Positions 47,043 to 57,547 are shown, counted from the stretch's first letter. The stretch is DNA of 64,000 nt from Chloroflexota bacterium (GCA_013203045.1 JABMQN010000275.1:4515-68514), one strand, 5' to 3'. Translations and numbers: made by a program. Notes: generated from the letters alone by a model not told the origin.

Positions 47043-47585
47043 CTAACTGTTTTGATCTTGTTTGGCGGCACCCTTTTTTATTCGACTTAGTTTTGCAGGC
47101 GTGACACGTTCGCCGGATTCGTAATACGCTTTCATACTAAGTGCCACATCCCTGATCTTACCTTTGATTATTCTGTTGAGCAAAATACAATCCAGCATTT
47201 GTCCAAAGAGCCCCCAACGTACCGTATAGATCAGCGAAGTGTTCAATCGAGTATCAATACCATCATCGGAAATCGAATAACGAAACCAGGCCTGTTTGAA
47301 CGGAAAGGGTGGTCCAGCATTGTTGCGGTGAAGGCGAAGCAGAAATCCATATCCTTCATTCCATTCCTCGATTGTTTCGTCAATTGCTTTTGTTTCTGTT
47401 TGGAACACCTTGCGACTCGCATCGATCCCGTACTTGCGTTTAGTTGTGATTTCAGTTTTGATAACGCCGGGCACGTAGTTGTGTGCGATCGAAAAGTCTT
47501 GCAGTAGCTCCCAGGCTTTATCTCGTGATATTCCTATGGTGATTTCTGCAGAAGCCTCACGATTTCGTGTAATGCTGGCCTTCAT
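47043..47585 (-). CDS. SRPBCC (START/Bet v1/polyketide-cyclase-like) family protein
   Basis: Ligand-binding cone-fold pattern. Start chosen at MKASITRN. Confidence 0.45.
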   Translation of the reverse strand: MKASITRNREASAEITIGISRDKAWELLQDFSIAHNYVPGVIKTEITTKRKYGIDASRKVFQTETKAIDETIEEWNEGYGFLLRLHRNNAGPPFPFKQAWFRYSISDDGIDTRLNTSLIYTVRWGLFGQMLDCILLNRIIKGKIRDVALSMKAYYESGERVTPAKLSRIKKGAAKQDQNS

Positions 47586-47873
47586 AATATATTTCCTCAA
47601 GCATGTTAGCATTTGCCATACAACTACTTGGCGGAATGATACTACACTGCGCACAATTTAGCAACAGGGTGGGAGGAGTTCAAAATGGCGAGCAGCTTCT
47701 ACTAGTCAGGTTTCCATTATTGGAGAAGCTATGTATAATGTGCACATTAGTTTATGACTGAATAAGCAGTGGCAATTCTATTCTTTGGACTTTGGAAAAC
47801 TTAATTTATTACATGTACAACATTGTTTTGTGTTGTGATCGAATTGAAATTGGTGTAGGAAAGGTAAATCCAT

Positions 47874-49358
47874 ATGAGATACAAGATTCAAATTTTGTGT
47901 ATAGGTCTACTTTTGATCTGGACTGTTACGCAAGCGGCTTGTGATAACGATAGGGCAAGCCCGAGTAGTGACACAAGTGATCCAACACATGACAGTGAAA
48001 CTGCTGAACCGTCTCTTCCCCTCAAAGTACACCCGGACAATCCCCGATATTTTTCGGATTCATCTGGCGATATTGTATATTTGACCGGTTCGCATACATG
48101 GGCCAATCTGGTTGACATCGCACCCGATGATCCGCCTACTGTATTTGACTTCATTGAATATCTCGATTTTCTCAAAGATCGAAACCACAATTTCATACGT
48201 CTTTGGACTTGGGAGTTAACTAAGTTTAGCTATAATGACAAAATACGATATTCGGCTCCACATCCGTGGCTTCGTACTGGGCCAGGCAATGCTCTTGATG
48301 AACTCCCTAAATTCGATCTATCACAATTTGACACTGAATACTTCTCCAGGTTGCGCGAGAGGGTTGAAGCTGCCGATGAGAGAGGTATCTACGTTTCGAT
48401 AATGTTGTTTGAGGGGCATGCGGTGAAACATTCTGATTATCCTTGGAAATGGCAAGGCCACCCGTTCAATACTGAAAATAATATGAATGGTATCGACGGA
48501 AATCCGGATAATAGCTACACAGGGGATGAAATCTATACCATTTCGGATTCGGTATACGATGTCACCAGATTGCAGGAATCGTATGTCCGAAAAATCATCG
48601 ATACGGTCAATGATTTTGATAACGTTCTTTTTGAAATCGGTAATGAGGTGGTACCTGCGTCAACCCAATGGCAATACCATATGATCGAATATGTCAAGAA
48701 TTACGAGGCAAGTAAGCCGTTCCAGCATCCTGTGGGCATGACCTTCCAAATCCAGGGTGGCAATAATGCTACGCTATTTGATAGTCCTGCTGATTGGATA
48801 TCGCCCAACAGCATTGCAGATATGGTTGACTACTTTGGAAATCCACCGGCAGCAGATGGAAGCAAGGTCATCATCATTGATACCGATCATTTATGTGGTA
48901 TCGGGTGTGGACCAAATGCATATAGATGGGTTTGGAAGAGTTTTTTACGAGGCTACAATCCTATCTATATGGATCCATGGGGTGATATGGATCATTTCGA
49001 ACTGCATGATGCTGGTGATGAAGCCATCCGGGATAACATGGGGTATACCCTTACTTATGCCAATAAAATGAATCTTGTTGATATGATACCCCGTCCTGAA
49101 TTGTCAACAACAGGATATTGCTTGGCAAACCCGGGATCCGAATATCTTTTCTATCAGCCTGTGTCCGGAGCGTTTACCGTTACTCTTGATTCAGGAGATT
49201 ATTATTACGAATGGTTCAACCCAGATACTGGCAAGATAGTTGAAAGCGGAGACTATGCCGCACCTACAGGGGACAACTCGTTTCTTCCACCGTTTGGTGG
49301 TCATGCAGTTCTTTACCTGAAATCTTTGGAGGGTTTCAAGCCTGTTGTTGCGATGTGA
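47874..49358 (+). CDS. lipoprotein, putative TIM-barrel glycoside hydrolase (GH5-like / DUF4038-like)
   Basis: Lipobox TVTQAAC and a FEIGNE acid/base-like motif. 494 aa. Confidence 0.45.
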   Translation: MRYKIQILCIGLLLIWTVTQAACDNDRASPSSDTSDPTHDSETAEPSLPLKVHPDNPRYFSDSSGDIVYLTGSHTWANLVDIAPDDPPTVFDFIEYLDFLKDRNHNFIRLWTWELTKFSYNDKIRYSAPHPWLRTGPGNALDELPKFDLSQFDTEYFSRLRERVEAADERGIYVSIMLFEGHAVKHSDYPWKWQGHPFNTENNMNGIDGNPDNSYTGDEIYTISDSVYDVTRLQESYVRKIIDTVNDFDNVLFEIGNEVVPASTQWQYHMIEYVKNYEASKPFQHPVGMTFQIQGGNNATLFDSPADWISPNSIADMVDYFGNPPAADGSKVIIIDTDHLCGIGCGPNAYRWVWKSFLRGYNPIYMDPWGDMDHFELHDAGDEAIRDNMGYTLTYANKMNLVDMIPRPELSTTGYCLANPGSEYLFYQPVSGAFTVTLDSGDYYYEWFNPDTGKIVESGDYAAPTGDNSFLPPFGGHAVLYLKSLEGFKPVVAM

Positions 49359-49722
49359 TCGATTGTGGAGTCTTTGAGTTAGGAAGAATCGTCGCCAATC
49401 CCAATATTCCTCCCAGTATAATAAGGTAAACACCGGCACCTACTGAAGCTTCGGCAGAGAGATTCGATGCTTCAACCTCAGCACTAATGTTAGCTACTAG
49501 AATAGCCCCGAATGCTATTGCCAGAAACGAGAAAACCAAAGCAGCATAAGCTCGATTGCCAGGCCGGTTAAAACGTATAAATGCACCAATGATGATTAGC
49601 AGACCCAGTGCCATTGAGATTCCCCCGGCCCCATCCATACCATTATAAGCATAGGATCGACCTGCGTCGTTTGCCGTAGCCCATGGAAGCAGTGAACTTG
49701 TTACTACAAGGATACCCCCCAC
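49336..49722 (-). CDS. small integral membrane protein (3-4 TM), hypothetical
   Basis: Hydrophobic segments (GLLIIIGAFIRF; ALVFSFLAIAFGAILVANI; VYLIILGGILGLATIL). It converges on the GH gene with a 23-nt overlap. Confidence 0.4.
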   Translation of the reverse strand: MGGILVVTSSLLPWATANDAGRSYAYNGMDGAGGISMALGLLIIIGAFIRFNRPGNRAYAALVFSFLAIAFGAILVANISAEVEASNLSAEASVGAGVYLIILGGILGLATILPNSKTPQSITSQQQA

Positions 49723-50307
49723 GATAGCGGCTACGCGGCCCGCGGTCCCGTAGTCAAAGAGCCACTAGTTGCACTGACAGCCCCTATCCGAATTCCGCAT
49801 GATTGGCAGAATGTACTCCCCTCGGGAACCGATTCTCCACATTGATTGCAATACATAAAACTCCTTTCATGTGTATCACTTAAAAATGACAAGATGCCAA
49901 TGGTGATTCACGTCAGCTGCATCCGATATTTCTGGAAATATTCCTTATTCTATTATCGAAAGATAGACCGTTCAATGAAATTTAGATTGTTTTCTGCTAT
50001 CGAATCACTATCAAATAAATTGAGTAACTCAATCGTCTATCTCAATACACATGTATTTTGATGGCTTGTTCATGAAATGCAAGTCCCCGAAAAATCTAAG
50101 GGTATTAAAAATTCTCCGCAATGTTTCCTGAATATTTTCGCAAATTAACCAATTTTTTACCTTTACTTAACCGTTACTTAACGGGATTGTTACGTTTATT
50201 GACCATGGTTTTTACTTATGGCTGGTATCCTTTACTCAGGCTGGAATAGATTTGTTTTCGAGGTTATTCTCCCGTTCGACAAGACGGATGTAACCGAAAG
50301 TACATAT

Positions 50308-50326
50308 ATTGGTATCTGATACCAAT
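50308..50326. promoter_or_regulatory. perfect palindrome ATTGGTATCtgATACCAAT upstream of pilin operon (candidate operator)
   Basis: 9-bp arms lying 43 bp upstream of the pilin ATG in an AT-rich leader. Confidence 0.35.
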
Positions 50327-50368
50327 GAAACGCAGTAACTGGCGAATCAAAAAGAGGCCCTGAGAGCT

Positions 50369-50740
50369 ATGAGGAAAATCATACTAGGTGGACAAGGTTT
50401 TACTCTCGTGGAGCTGCTCACGGTGATAGGTATCATGGCTATACTCGCTGCAGTGGTATTGCCTGTCGTTGTTGGATTTGTTGGCAGTGGTGAGACTGAA
50501 GCTGAAGATACAGAATATGATGCCATGAAGTTTGCCGTGAGAGCTATGCTAGTGGATGCCGGTGCAACGAACCTATCAGGGTTTGATAATGATGTTGATG
50601 AATTGGCAGAGGTAAAAAACATAACAGCTACTAGTGCGGATGGTATTGAATACTCGTTAGACAAGTATCTCACTTTTGGAAGTTTTCCGCTGTCTCAATC
50701 ATACGATATTAGTGAAGATGGCGCAGTGACTGTGTATTAA
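50369..50740 (+). CDS. type IV pilin-like protein (prepilin-type N-terminal cleavage/methylation domain)
   Basis: QG/FTLVELLTVIGIMAILAAVV is a class III signal peptide. 123 aa. Confidence 0.8.
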   Translation: MRKIILGGQGFTLVELLTVIGIMAILAAVVLPVVVGFVGSGETEAEDTEYDAMKFAVRAMLVDAGATNLSGFDNDVDELAEVKNITATSADGIEYSLDKYLTFGSFPLSQSYDISEDGAVTVY

Positions 50741-50864
50741 TCGGAGCGTGTTCAATTAGAAAAACAACGAATCTGAACCAATCAAGGAAAAGACAGAAGG
50801 TGCATGTTGAAGTGTGCCATGCCCTTATTGTCTAAACTTGGAGGTTCAGAAAGGTAGGTAGTAT

Positions 50865-51599
50865 ATGCTAGCAAATCCGGTTCTCAGAACAAGTTTAAGT
50901 TTGCCCAGGATGATCTTGTTGCCTTTTGAGCCGATTACGTCATTCATAATTAGCATTGGGCTCCTGGTTCCAATTCTGCACCCTTTGTACAAGTTGATAA
51001 TGAACATAATATGGTTTCCATTTTATTGCTATATGAAGTCTACAGGCTGCATATATCGAGAGATATGGATGTTCCGTCCAATAATGGCCATTATCACAAT
51101 ACCTGTGTTGATCGTGCTGGATGTTTTTATACTCATAATGCCGGGCACCAGCAAGCGTGACAAGTTTGAAAAAGCCTCGATGATAGATTCATGGCCATGC
51201 AAATCTGAGAGTAAAATATGGGATTCATCTAATGGACAATGTATACCTATCAACAGGAAAGCTCATTCTTATTCTGTTGATGTGTCTTCTGGTGGAAGGT
51301 CTAGTGTGAATCACTGTACTTTGTGTGGTGATATGGTGAGAGATGACTGGACTCGATGTCCCAGTTGTCATGAGCCATTGGATGCAGTTTTACCGTTGCC
51401 CTCCACTCGGTATAAGAAAGTCGTACTGAACAAAAACGAAGTCTCTCAACGGTGGGTGGATGAGCATTATAACAAAAATATGCCGTGGATAAGAGAATGC
51501 ACTTTATGTGGCGACATTGTGAGGGCAGACTGGACAAAGTGTCCCCGGTGTGGGGAGGTATTGATTCAAGCAGGTCGCCCATCTGTAATGGCTTACTAA
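50865..51599 (+). CDS. membrane protein with tandem C-terminal zinc ribbons
   Basis: Three or four TM helices, followed by CTLCGDMVRDDWTRCPSCHEPL and CTLCGDIVRADWTKCPRCGEVL. Confidence 0.5.
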   Translation: MLANPVLRTSLSLPRMILLPFEPITSFIISIGLLVPILHPLYKLIMNIIWFPFYCYMKSTGCIYREIWMFRPIMAIITIPVLIVLDVFILIMPGTSKRDKFEKASMIDSWPCKSESKIWDSSNGQCIPINRKAHSYSVDVSSGGRSSVNHCTLCGDMVRDDWTRCPSCHEPLDAVLPLPSTRYKKVVLNKNEVSQRWVDEHYNKNMPWIRECTLCGDIVRADWTKCPRCGEVLIQAGRPSVMAY

Positions 51600-51638
51600 A
51601 ACGAGTAAATGATAGAAATAACTAATATGAGGAATGAA

Positions 51639-52040
51639 ATGAAAAAAAGGCCGAGAAATCAGGAAGGGTTTGCTTTTATCGAGGCATTATTGGCTTTGGT
51701 GATTCTGGGTACATTCGGTACTGTTCTTTTAGGAGGGCTGGCTGTTGCCGCCAAGGCTACTCCACTTGCCGATGAAACCAGCACTGCACAGAATCTAGCC
51801 GAAACTCAAATGGAGTATGTGCTGAACCAGGATTATGATTATATCAACGATACGCCACAATACCTTGTTATTTCTGACACCGACGTGCCTGAAGGATACA
51901 GTATTTCCAGTGTTGCTGAGCGTTTGGATGCCGATGATGACGATGACGATGACGATGATGGCATTCAGAAAATTGAGGTTTCAGTCCAACACTGGGATGA
52001 AACAGTCACCATTCTAGAAGGTTACAGGATAAGACAATGA
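51639..52040 (+). CDS. pseudopilin / minor pilin with prepilin-type N-terminus and poly-Asp tract
   Basis: EG/FAFIEALLALVILG, then a DADDDDDDDDDG run encoded by (GAT/GAC)n at 51931..51960. The track ORF starts at 51609. Confidence 0.7.
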   Translation: MKKRPRNQEGFAFIEALLALVILGTFGTVLLGGLAVAAKATPLADETSTAQNLAETQMEYVLNQDYDYINDTPQYLVISDTDVPEGYSISSVAERLDADDDDDDDDDGIQKIEVSVQHWDETVTILEGYRIRQ

Positions 52041-52594
52041 AATTGAGTAGGTTAATTTCGATGATAAAAGCCCAGGGCGGAGTAACTCTCGTTGAGCTAA
52101 TGGTAGGCATTGCTATAACCGGTGCAATTGGCGGCGTTATAGTAATGACGATTATACAATTGGATACCGTGGGAAGCTCCAATACAAATCGAATTGTCAG
52201 TGTTAATTATGTGCAAAATGCGGGGTACTGGATTCAAGTTGATACCAAGGTGGCTCAGACTATAGAACTGGATGCAGGGGATTCAGGTTTGCCCCTGATA
52301 TTAAACTGGGTTGATTGGGACAATACAGAGCATCAGGTCAGCTATTCTTTGGATGGTGATAAACTGCAACGTATTCAATCGATTAATAGCGGATCACCGA
52401 ATGTGCTTGTTGTTGCACAGTCCGTTGATGCTGAACCTGATTTGACCAATTGTGAATTTGTTGATGGGATGCTCAATTTCACGTTGACTACCACGGAGGG
52501 CTCTGGTACGCGGGGAAACACTGAGACCCGCGTGTTCAGTTTTAAACCGAGGGCGGAACTTGTGGTGTTGAAAGGTAATGGGGAGGAAGTCTAG
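52037..52594 (+). CDS. pseudopilin / minor pilin (prepilin-type N-terminus)
   Basis: GG/VTLVELMVGIAITGAIGGVIV. Confidence 0.7.
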   Translation: MKLSRLISMIKAQGGVTLVELMVGIAITGAIGGVIVMTIIQLDTVGSSNTNRIVSVNYVQNAGYWIQVDTKVAQTIELDAGDSGLPLILNWVDWDNTEHQVSYSLDGDKLQRIQSINSGSPNVLVVAQSVDAEPDLTNCEFVDGMLNFTLTTTEGSGTRGNTETRVFSFKPRAELVVLKGNGEEV

Positions 52595-55137
52595 TGAAAG
52601 CGGCAATATTGAACAGGGTAAAAAGAGAGTTCGGTGGGGCAATGATTTGGGTCCTGCTACTCATAAGTGTAGGAAGTCTTACGCTGCCTCCTCTTCTGTC
52701 TTTAGCAACTAGCAGTCTTGGCGCTTCCCAAATGTATGAGAAGAAGACTAATCAGGCTTACGCGGCAGATGCTGGTGTGGGGGATGGTTTGTGGGAAATA
52801 AAATATGGTGATTTGGGAACTGTGTTCCCAACCTATGACCCGTACGATTATGACTTGATTTGGACCTATAATCTAACTGATCAGAAACATGGAAATTCAA
52901 TTAATGGTTACGATACAGAAGTCTCAATAGGAAATATCTGGATTCCAAAAGATATAGCAACTCCGGGTACAGCCCAGGCACGGAGCATTATTGAGGATGG
53001 AAAACTGATAGTAACGGGATGTACCTCAGGGGATTCAACGTACCAAATTAAAATCACCTATAATCCTGAGGAAGGTGATTTGATTGTAGAATCACTCGGA
53101 GTGTGGTTACCTGCCGGTTTCACGTATGACGATGAAGTTCACAACAATAGCATGAAAGATGAGTGTGACGGAGATGACCCCCCAGTATACTGTGATGACT
53201 TGAGCCTTGCGATAGGACCTCATAAAGGTGGAACTTCCATAGTCTGGGATTTCAGTGGCACATGTGTTGCTGTTACTGATCTCCCCAATGTAGACCCGTT
53301 GGAGTTCCCGATAGAAGCGGAAATAACCTTTGAATATGATTCAGAGCAGGAAGCGATCAATCCTGCAGCGGTTGCCTGGATTGAGACAAGTGGAGTTGAT
53401 GGCATCGAGTTATCATGGGACGCTGATACCAAGATTTATGAGATCACCGCGATAGCCGGTGATGCTAGAGTTGAAGCCCATGCCGCCAAAAGTGAGGCGC
53501 GTGAACTTGGGGGGCCCATAGGCGGAGACTACTTCATCATTGGAAACTCGCTGCTTGATTACACCGATGACGAGCGTTACCGAAACAGACTTCACCAGGA
53601 AACCAGCGCCACTGTCGCCGAGGATGACATCCCATCCAGCGCCACTATAGATCGCGCTTATCTTTACTGGACAGGCTGGATGGACTGGCAACCTTATGCG
53701 GATTCCTATGAACCACCTTATCTATTCTTTGATGATGGTGACAACATGAGCGCCTGGACTTGCTCTGGCAACTTTTGGAGACCTGATAATTCGACAGGGA
53801 GCATTGAAGGACATCATGTGGGCGGTGGCACAGCCAAGTATCTCCATATGACGAAACCAGTGGATTTACATGAATACACAGATGGAGAAATTACTGTATC
53901 CTGGGATCAAAGTGTAGGACCTGGGGACCAGTTGGAAAGTACTGATAAGCTCTACTTTATCTATGATGGTGACGGTGATTTTGATAACGATAACGGTTAT
54001 GTACAGGAACTTGCTTTCAGTAATGACATTTCGCCTTCTTCTCGCGAGGTCACCATCCCTAAAGATCACCGGACTGCCGATTTCAAAATAGGTTTCTATT
54101 ATGATGGCTTTGATACTTCAGGAGAATACTGCTACATTGATAACATCAAGATCATCCACACAGCATCCGGTGAAGAGGAAACGGGTGGTGCCGGTGAGAG
54201 TGCAATGAAATACCCGGATGATCCAACCTACGAGAACCTCAGAATTCTGGTTGAGGAAACTGCCAGGGTGAATACGGTTATATTTAGCGGTACTCAAGTA
54301 ACGGCCGATGAATGGCGTATAGCTGAATCGACTGACTTACCAGGCGAGACTATTTATGAGGATCGCTGGTCTTATGCATGCCGCTATGATGCTACCGACC
54401 TTATAAATAAGTGGATTGAAGATGACGAAGATTTTGTAGATATTGCCAGCAATGGCGCTGGTGAGTATACGCTTGGTCACGTGATGACACAAAATGAGGG
54501 AAACCCAGAGTATTCCATTGACCTCTGGCCAGCGGGCACTACCGGGTATCCCCTCGCGTCCCCGGCCGAATGGCCCGACCCACCACAAAGGCATGACTTT
54601 TGTTATGGTGGTTGGTCACTGATCCTTATCTATTCCAGTGCAGAAACGGAAGGCCATCAGTTATACCTCTTTGATGACACATTGGCTGAAATCTGGCACT
54701 ATAATCCTGATGTCGATGGTGACGGTGAAGCCGGCATTACAGTTGATGGGTTCTTGGTACCGGATGGTATCACCACTGATGACGAAGTAGCAAGGGTCAC
54801 CGTATTCGCAGGTGAAGGAGATCGAGGAATTACTGGAGATAAATTCTTCTTCAACAAAGGAATTGCCTTATCAAGTGATACCAGTTCTTTTAACAATATA
54901 TGGGACTCTCAATTACCTGGAGGTTTGGTACCGGGTATAGATATTGACACTTTCACCATCAATCACCCAACTTTGGAAGCAGGAGCCACCGAAGCTCATA
55001 TTGACTATTTGGGTATTAATGAGAATCCTGACCAATACTATTCGGCCAGTGACGAATTTACCCCAGTCTATGTTATTCTCTCTTTCCGTAGCGAAGTCAC
55101 CACTGGTGGAACCCTCGATTACTTACTGGAATTCTAA
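52594..55137 (+). CDS. large pilus-associated protein (PilX-like N-terminal hydrophobic segment; possible tip adhesin)
   Basis: 847 aa. N-terminus EFGGAMIWVLLLISVGSLTL is PilX-like (no Glu5). The body is rich in D/G/T/Y. Its start overlaps the upstream stop. Confidence 0.55.
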   Translation: MKAAILNRVKREFGGAMIWVLLLISVGSLTLPPLLSLATSSLGASQMYEKKTNQAYAADAGVGDGLWEIKYGDLGTVFPTYDPYDYDLIWTYNLTDQKHGNSINGYDTEVSIGNIWIPKDIATPGTAQARSIIEDGKLIVTGCTSGDSTYQIKITYNPEEGDLIVESLGVWLPAGFTYDDEVHNNSMKDECDGDDPPVYCDDLSLAIGPHKGGTSIVWDFSGTCVAVTDLPNVDPLEFPIEAEITFEYDSEQEAINPAAVAWIETSGVDGIELSWDADTKIYEITAIAGDARVEAHAAKSEARELGGPIGGDYFIIGNSLLDYTDDERYRNRLHQETSATVAEDDIPSSATIDRAYLYWTGWMDWQPYADSYEPPYLFFDDGDNMSAWTCSGNFWRPDNSTGSIEGHHVGGGTAKYLHMTKPVDLHEYTDGEITVSWDQSVGPGDQLESTDKLYFIYDGDGDFDNDNGYVQELAFSNDISPSSREVTIPKDHRTADFKIGFYYDGFDTSGEYCYIDNIKIIHTASGEEETGGAGESAMKYPDDPTYENLRILVEETARVNTVIFSGTQVTADEWRIAESTDLPGETIYEDRWSYACRYDATDLINKWIEDDEDFVDIASNGAGEYTLGHVMTQNEGNPEYSIDLWPAGTTGYPLASPAEWPDPPQRHDFCYGGWSLILIYSSAETEGHQLYLFDDTLAEIWHYNPDVDGDGEAGITVDGFLVPDGITTDDEVARVTVFAGEGDRGITGDKFFFNKGIALSSDTSSFNNIWDSQLPGGLVPGIDIDTFTINHPTLEAGATEAHIDYLGINENPDQYYSASDEFTPVYVILSFRSEVTTGGTLDYLLEF

Positions 55138-55431
55138 TAGCCTAAAAAGTGTTCGCCGGCACCCAAACGCCGGCGAACACATCATACTCCCTTTTTTCCG
55201 TTCAACTGAAAATATTCGACCTTTTTTGAGTTCGAATAGTCTTACGTATTTCCTCAAACACATCTGCATTCCCTCATGTCCCTCTGTTGCGTATTTCTTA
55301 AACTGTTTATCAATTCCTGGGAGCATGTTTGATTTATTATTCTCAGTTCTGGTACTATCTCTTTTATAATCGTCCTATAATAGATAGTGAGTGGTTATGG
55401 ATTTAAGATACGACAACTCTGTGGGGAGAGA

Positions 55432-56709
55432 ATGATGAGAAATTGGATTAAGATTGGAGCAATCTTGTTAGCGGGCACATTGTTGTCAGTAATGTTGCTT
55501 GCCGCATGCGGAAATAGCAATGGTGAGAATGGCAATGGAACTTCGCCCACTCAGCCTTCACCCACTGGGGAACAAGTATTGATTACGATAGGAAATCACA
55601 CTGATATGACAGGCGTGGCGTCAACCGCGATGATTGTTATAACCAAAGCACTAGAAGATATGGCAGCGTATTATACTGATGAGCAACTCATACCTGGAGT
55701 CAAATTCGAAGTAATTACTTTTGATGGTAGTTATAACCCCGATTATGACATACCCGGATATGAAGAATTGAAAAGGCAGGGAGCTGATCTATTTTTTGGT
55801 AACGTGGCTCCCACTCCTGTAAATCTAAAACATCTTCTTGAACGTGACAAAATGGTATTTTTCACTGCAGCTCCTGCCTTGGAAGCATTTGATCCGCCAG
55901 GATGGGTCTTTGCTTGTGGGCAGACGCTGATTCAGTATGAAGCTGCCACTCTTCTTAAATGGATAGCGGAGAATGACCCCGATTTTCCTAAGAAAACGCA
56001 GAACAGGCCAGCCAAAGTTGGTGGGGCTTTCTGGAAAGAAAACTATGGTGAAGATTGTTTGGAAGGGGCAGAGGAATATGCAAATGCCCATCCGGACCAG
56101 TATGAATGGGTTGGTGGATTTCTCAGTGACTGGAGCTTTCTATGGGACGAGGAAGTTGAAGCATTGAAAGATTGCGATTATGTATTTCCGGCAATTCCCC
56201 CCAATCAGTTTGTGAAACAGTATCGGGCAGGTGGAGGCAAAGCAACGTTCATAGGTAGTGACGCACATATCGCATTCCTAACAGATATTGAGAGGGATAA
56301 TCTTTGGAACGAATTCGATGGAATGTGGCTTGTCAAGCCTTCCCAATGGTGGAATGATGAGGGTGACATAATCGACTTGACTTATGAAATATTGCATAAA
56401 TATAACACTCCTGACGAAGTGGACGAAATCATGGAGACCGGGATTGGGTACATGGCAACCCAGCAAATATACGTCATGTTTGAACTAATAAAGGCAGCAT
56501 CTGCATCTGTAGGCCCTGATAATCTAAACTCGCAGGCTATTTTTGATGAGGCAAAGTCATTTTCTATTATCGTCGATGATTGTCACCATAGCTATAACGA
56601 GGACAAACGGACTTCCAGCGATGAATTAGCGATCTATGAGATTCGAGCTTCACAGAAGGATATCTTTCGGGCTGATCCCAGGTGGCTTCCCGTGATTGGT
56701 GATGACTAG
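55432..56709 (+). CDS. PBP1-type solute-binding lipoprotein, orphan
   Basis: MMRNWIKIGAILLAGTLLSVMLLAACG lipobox, a linker, and a body paralogous to 27029..28327. The track ORF starts at 55387. Confidence 0.65.
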   Translation: MMRNWIKIGAILLAGTLLSVMLLAACGNSNGENGNGTSPTQPSPTGEQVLITIGNHTDMTGVASTAMIVITKALEDMAAYYTDEQLIPGVKFEVITFDGSYNPDYDIPGYEELKRQGADLFFGNVAPTPVNLKHLLERDKMVFFTAAPALEAFDPPGWVFACGQTLIQYEAATLLKWIAENDPDFPKKTQNRPAKVGGAFWKENYGEDCLEGAEEYANAHPDQYEWVGGFLSDWSFLWDEEVEALKDCDYVFPAIPPNQFVKQYRAGGGKATFIGSDAHIAFLTDIERDNLWNEFDGMWLVKPSQWWNDEGDIIDLTYEILHKYNTPDEVDEIMETGIGYMATQQIYVMFELIKAASASVGPDNLNSQAIFDEAKSFSIIVDDCHHSYNEDKRTSSDELAIYEIRASQKDIFRADPRWLPVIGDD

Positions 56710-56733
56710 TTTCTGCCACTTATAAAAGGGGCA

Positions 56734-57390
56734 TCAGGATAATCCTCCTGCAGTCCTGGCAAAGTCCCACGCATATTCATAGAGATGGAGCCCTTTGCTC
56801 AAACATATCATCTCACCATCTTCCACTCCGATCTCTTTGGCCATATACTCTTTGAGCAGTTGCAATCCCCCGAGGTTTGTCGGAAACCCGGCCCATAGGT
56901 CCCAGCTGCGGAAGTAGATGATGAAATGCATCTTTCCATATCGTATTCGAGTATCTACTAACCTGAGACACTGTGAATGTTCCAGATCGATCGAATCCCG
57001 ACTGCCCACTGACATACAAAGCTGGTTGCATTCCGGCCCATCTGCCTTGTAGCGCTCAATAACAGTATCGACTTGAGGGGCAATATCTTCACCATAAGTG
57101 TATAGTTCGTGGGGCTGTTTACTGTCTGTCATCAGATAGGCCATATATTCTTCAATATATTCTTGATTGGTAGGAGGCGGAACGCCTTGAGGGACGTCAG
57201 GTGTAATGGGCCTCATGCCGGGATGATGTATGTGAATTGTCACGAAATCGAGTTCCTTGCGTTTCGTGCCCTCAAAACTGCCTTTATCGATGGTGTACTC
57301 ATAACCCTCAGTAATTACGTACCTACAACACTTGAAGAATGCTTCTGAAAGGTCTCTTGCATCTATGTTTGTGATATTCACTCCAGCCAT
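56734..57390 (-). CDS. thyA: thymidylate synthase, archaeal (methanogen) type ThyA
   Basis: The C-terminal half MHFIIYFRSWDLWAGFPTNLGGLQLLKEYMAKEIGVEDGEMICLSKGLHLYE is colinear with M. jannaschii-type TS (..MIVYMRSNDIWLGFPYDIFFFSLLQEML..GSLHLYE). Confidence 0.7.
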   Translation of the reverse strand: MAGVNITNIDARDLSEAFFKCCRYVITEGYEYTIDKGSFEGTKRKELDFVTIHIHHPGMRPITPDVPQGVPPPTNQEYIEEYMAYLMTDSKQPHELYTYGEDIAPQVDTVIERYKADGPECNQLCMSVGSRDSIDLEHSQCLRLVDTRIRYGKMHFIIYFRSWDLWAGFPTNLGGLQLLKEYMAKEIGVEDGEMICLSKGLHLYEYAWDFARTAGGLS

Positions 57391-57547
57391 CCTCTTTTCG
57401 CTTTTCTATATCTTCTCTCATGTAGCCATCCAATGCAAGAGCATGTTCATTTCCAATAAACTTGGCCAAATGTTCTTTGAGAGCGTATAATGCGAACTAA
57501 CTGAAAGAGCGGGTTCTTTTACGATAGATGGTCAAGGAGGGTAGTCA

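Noticed and set aside
51931-51960. Possible phase-variable simple repeat (GAT/GAC)n
   Set aside because: The repeat is a trinucleotide and in-frame. Length changes would alter the Asp-tract length but not switch the gene off, so it is not a classic on/off contingency locus. I note it only under the pilin finding.
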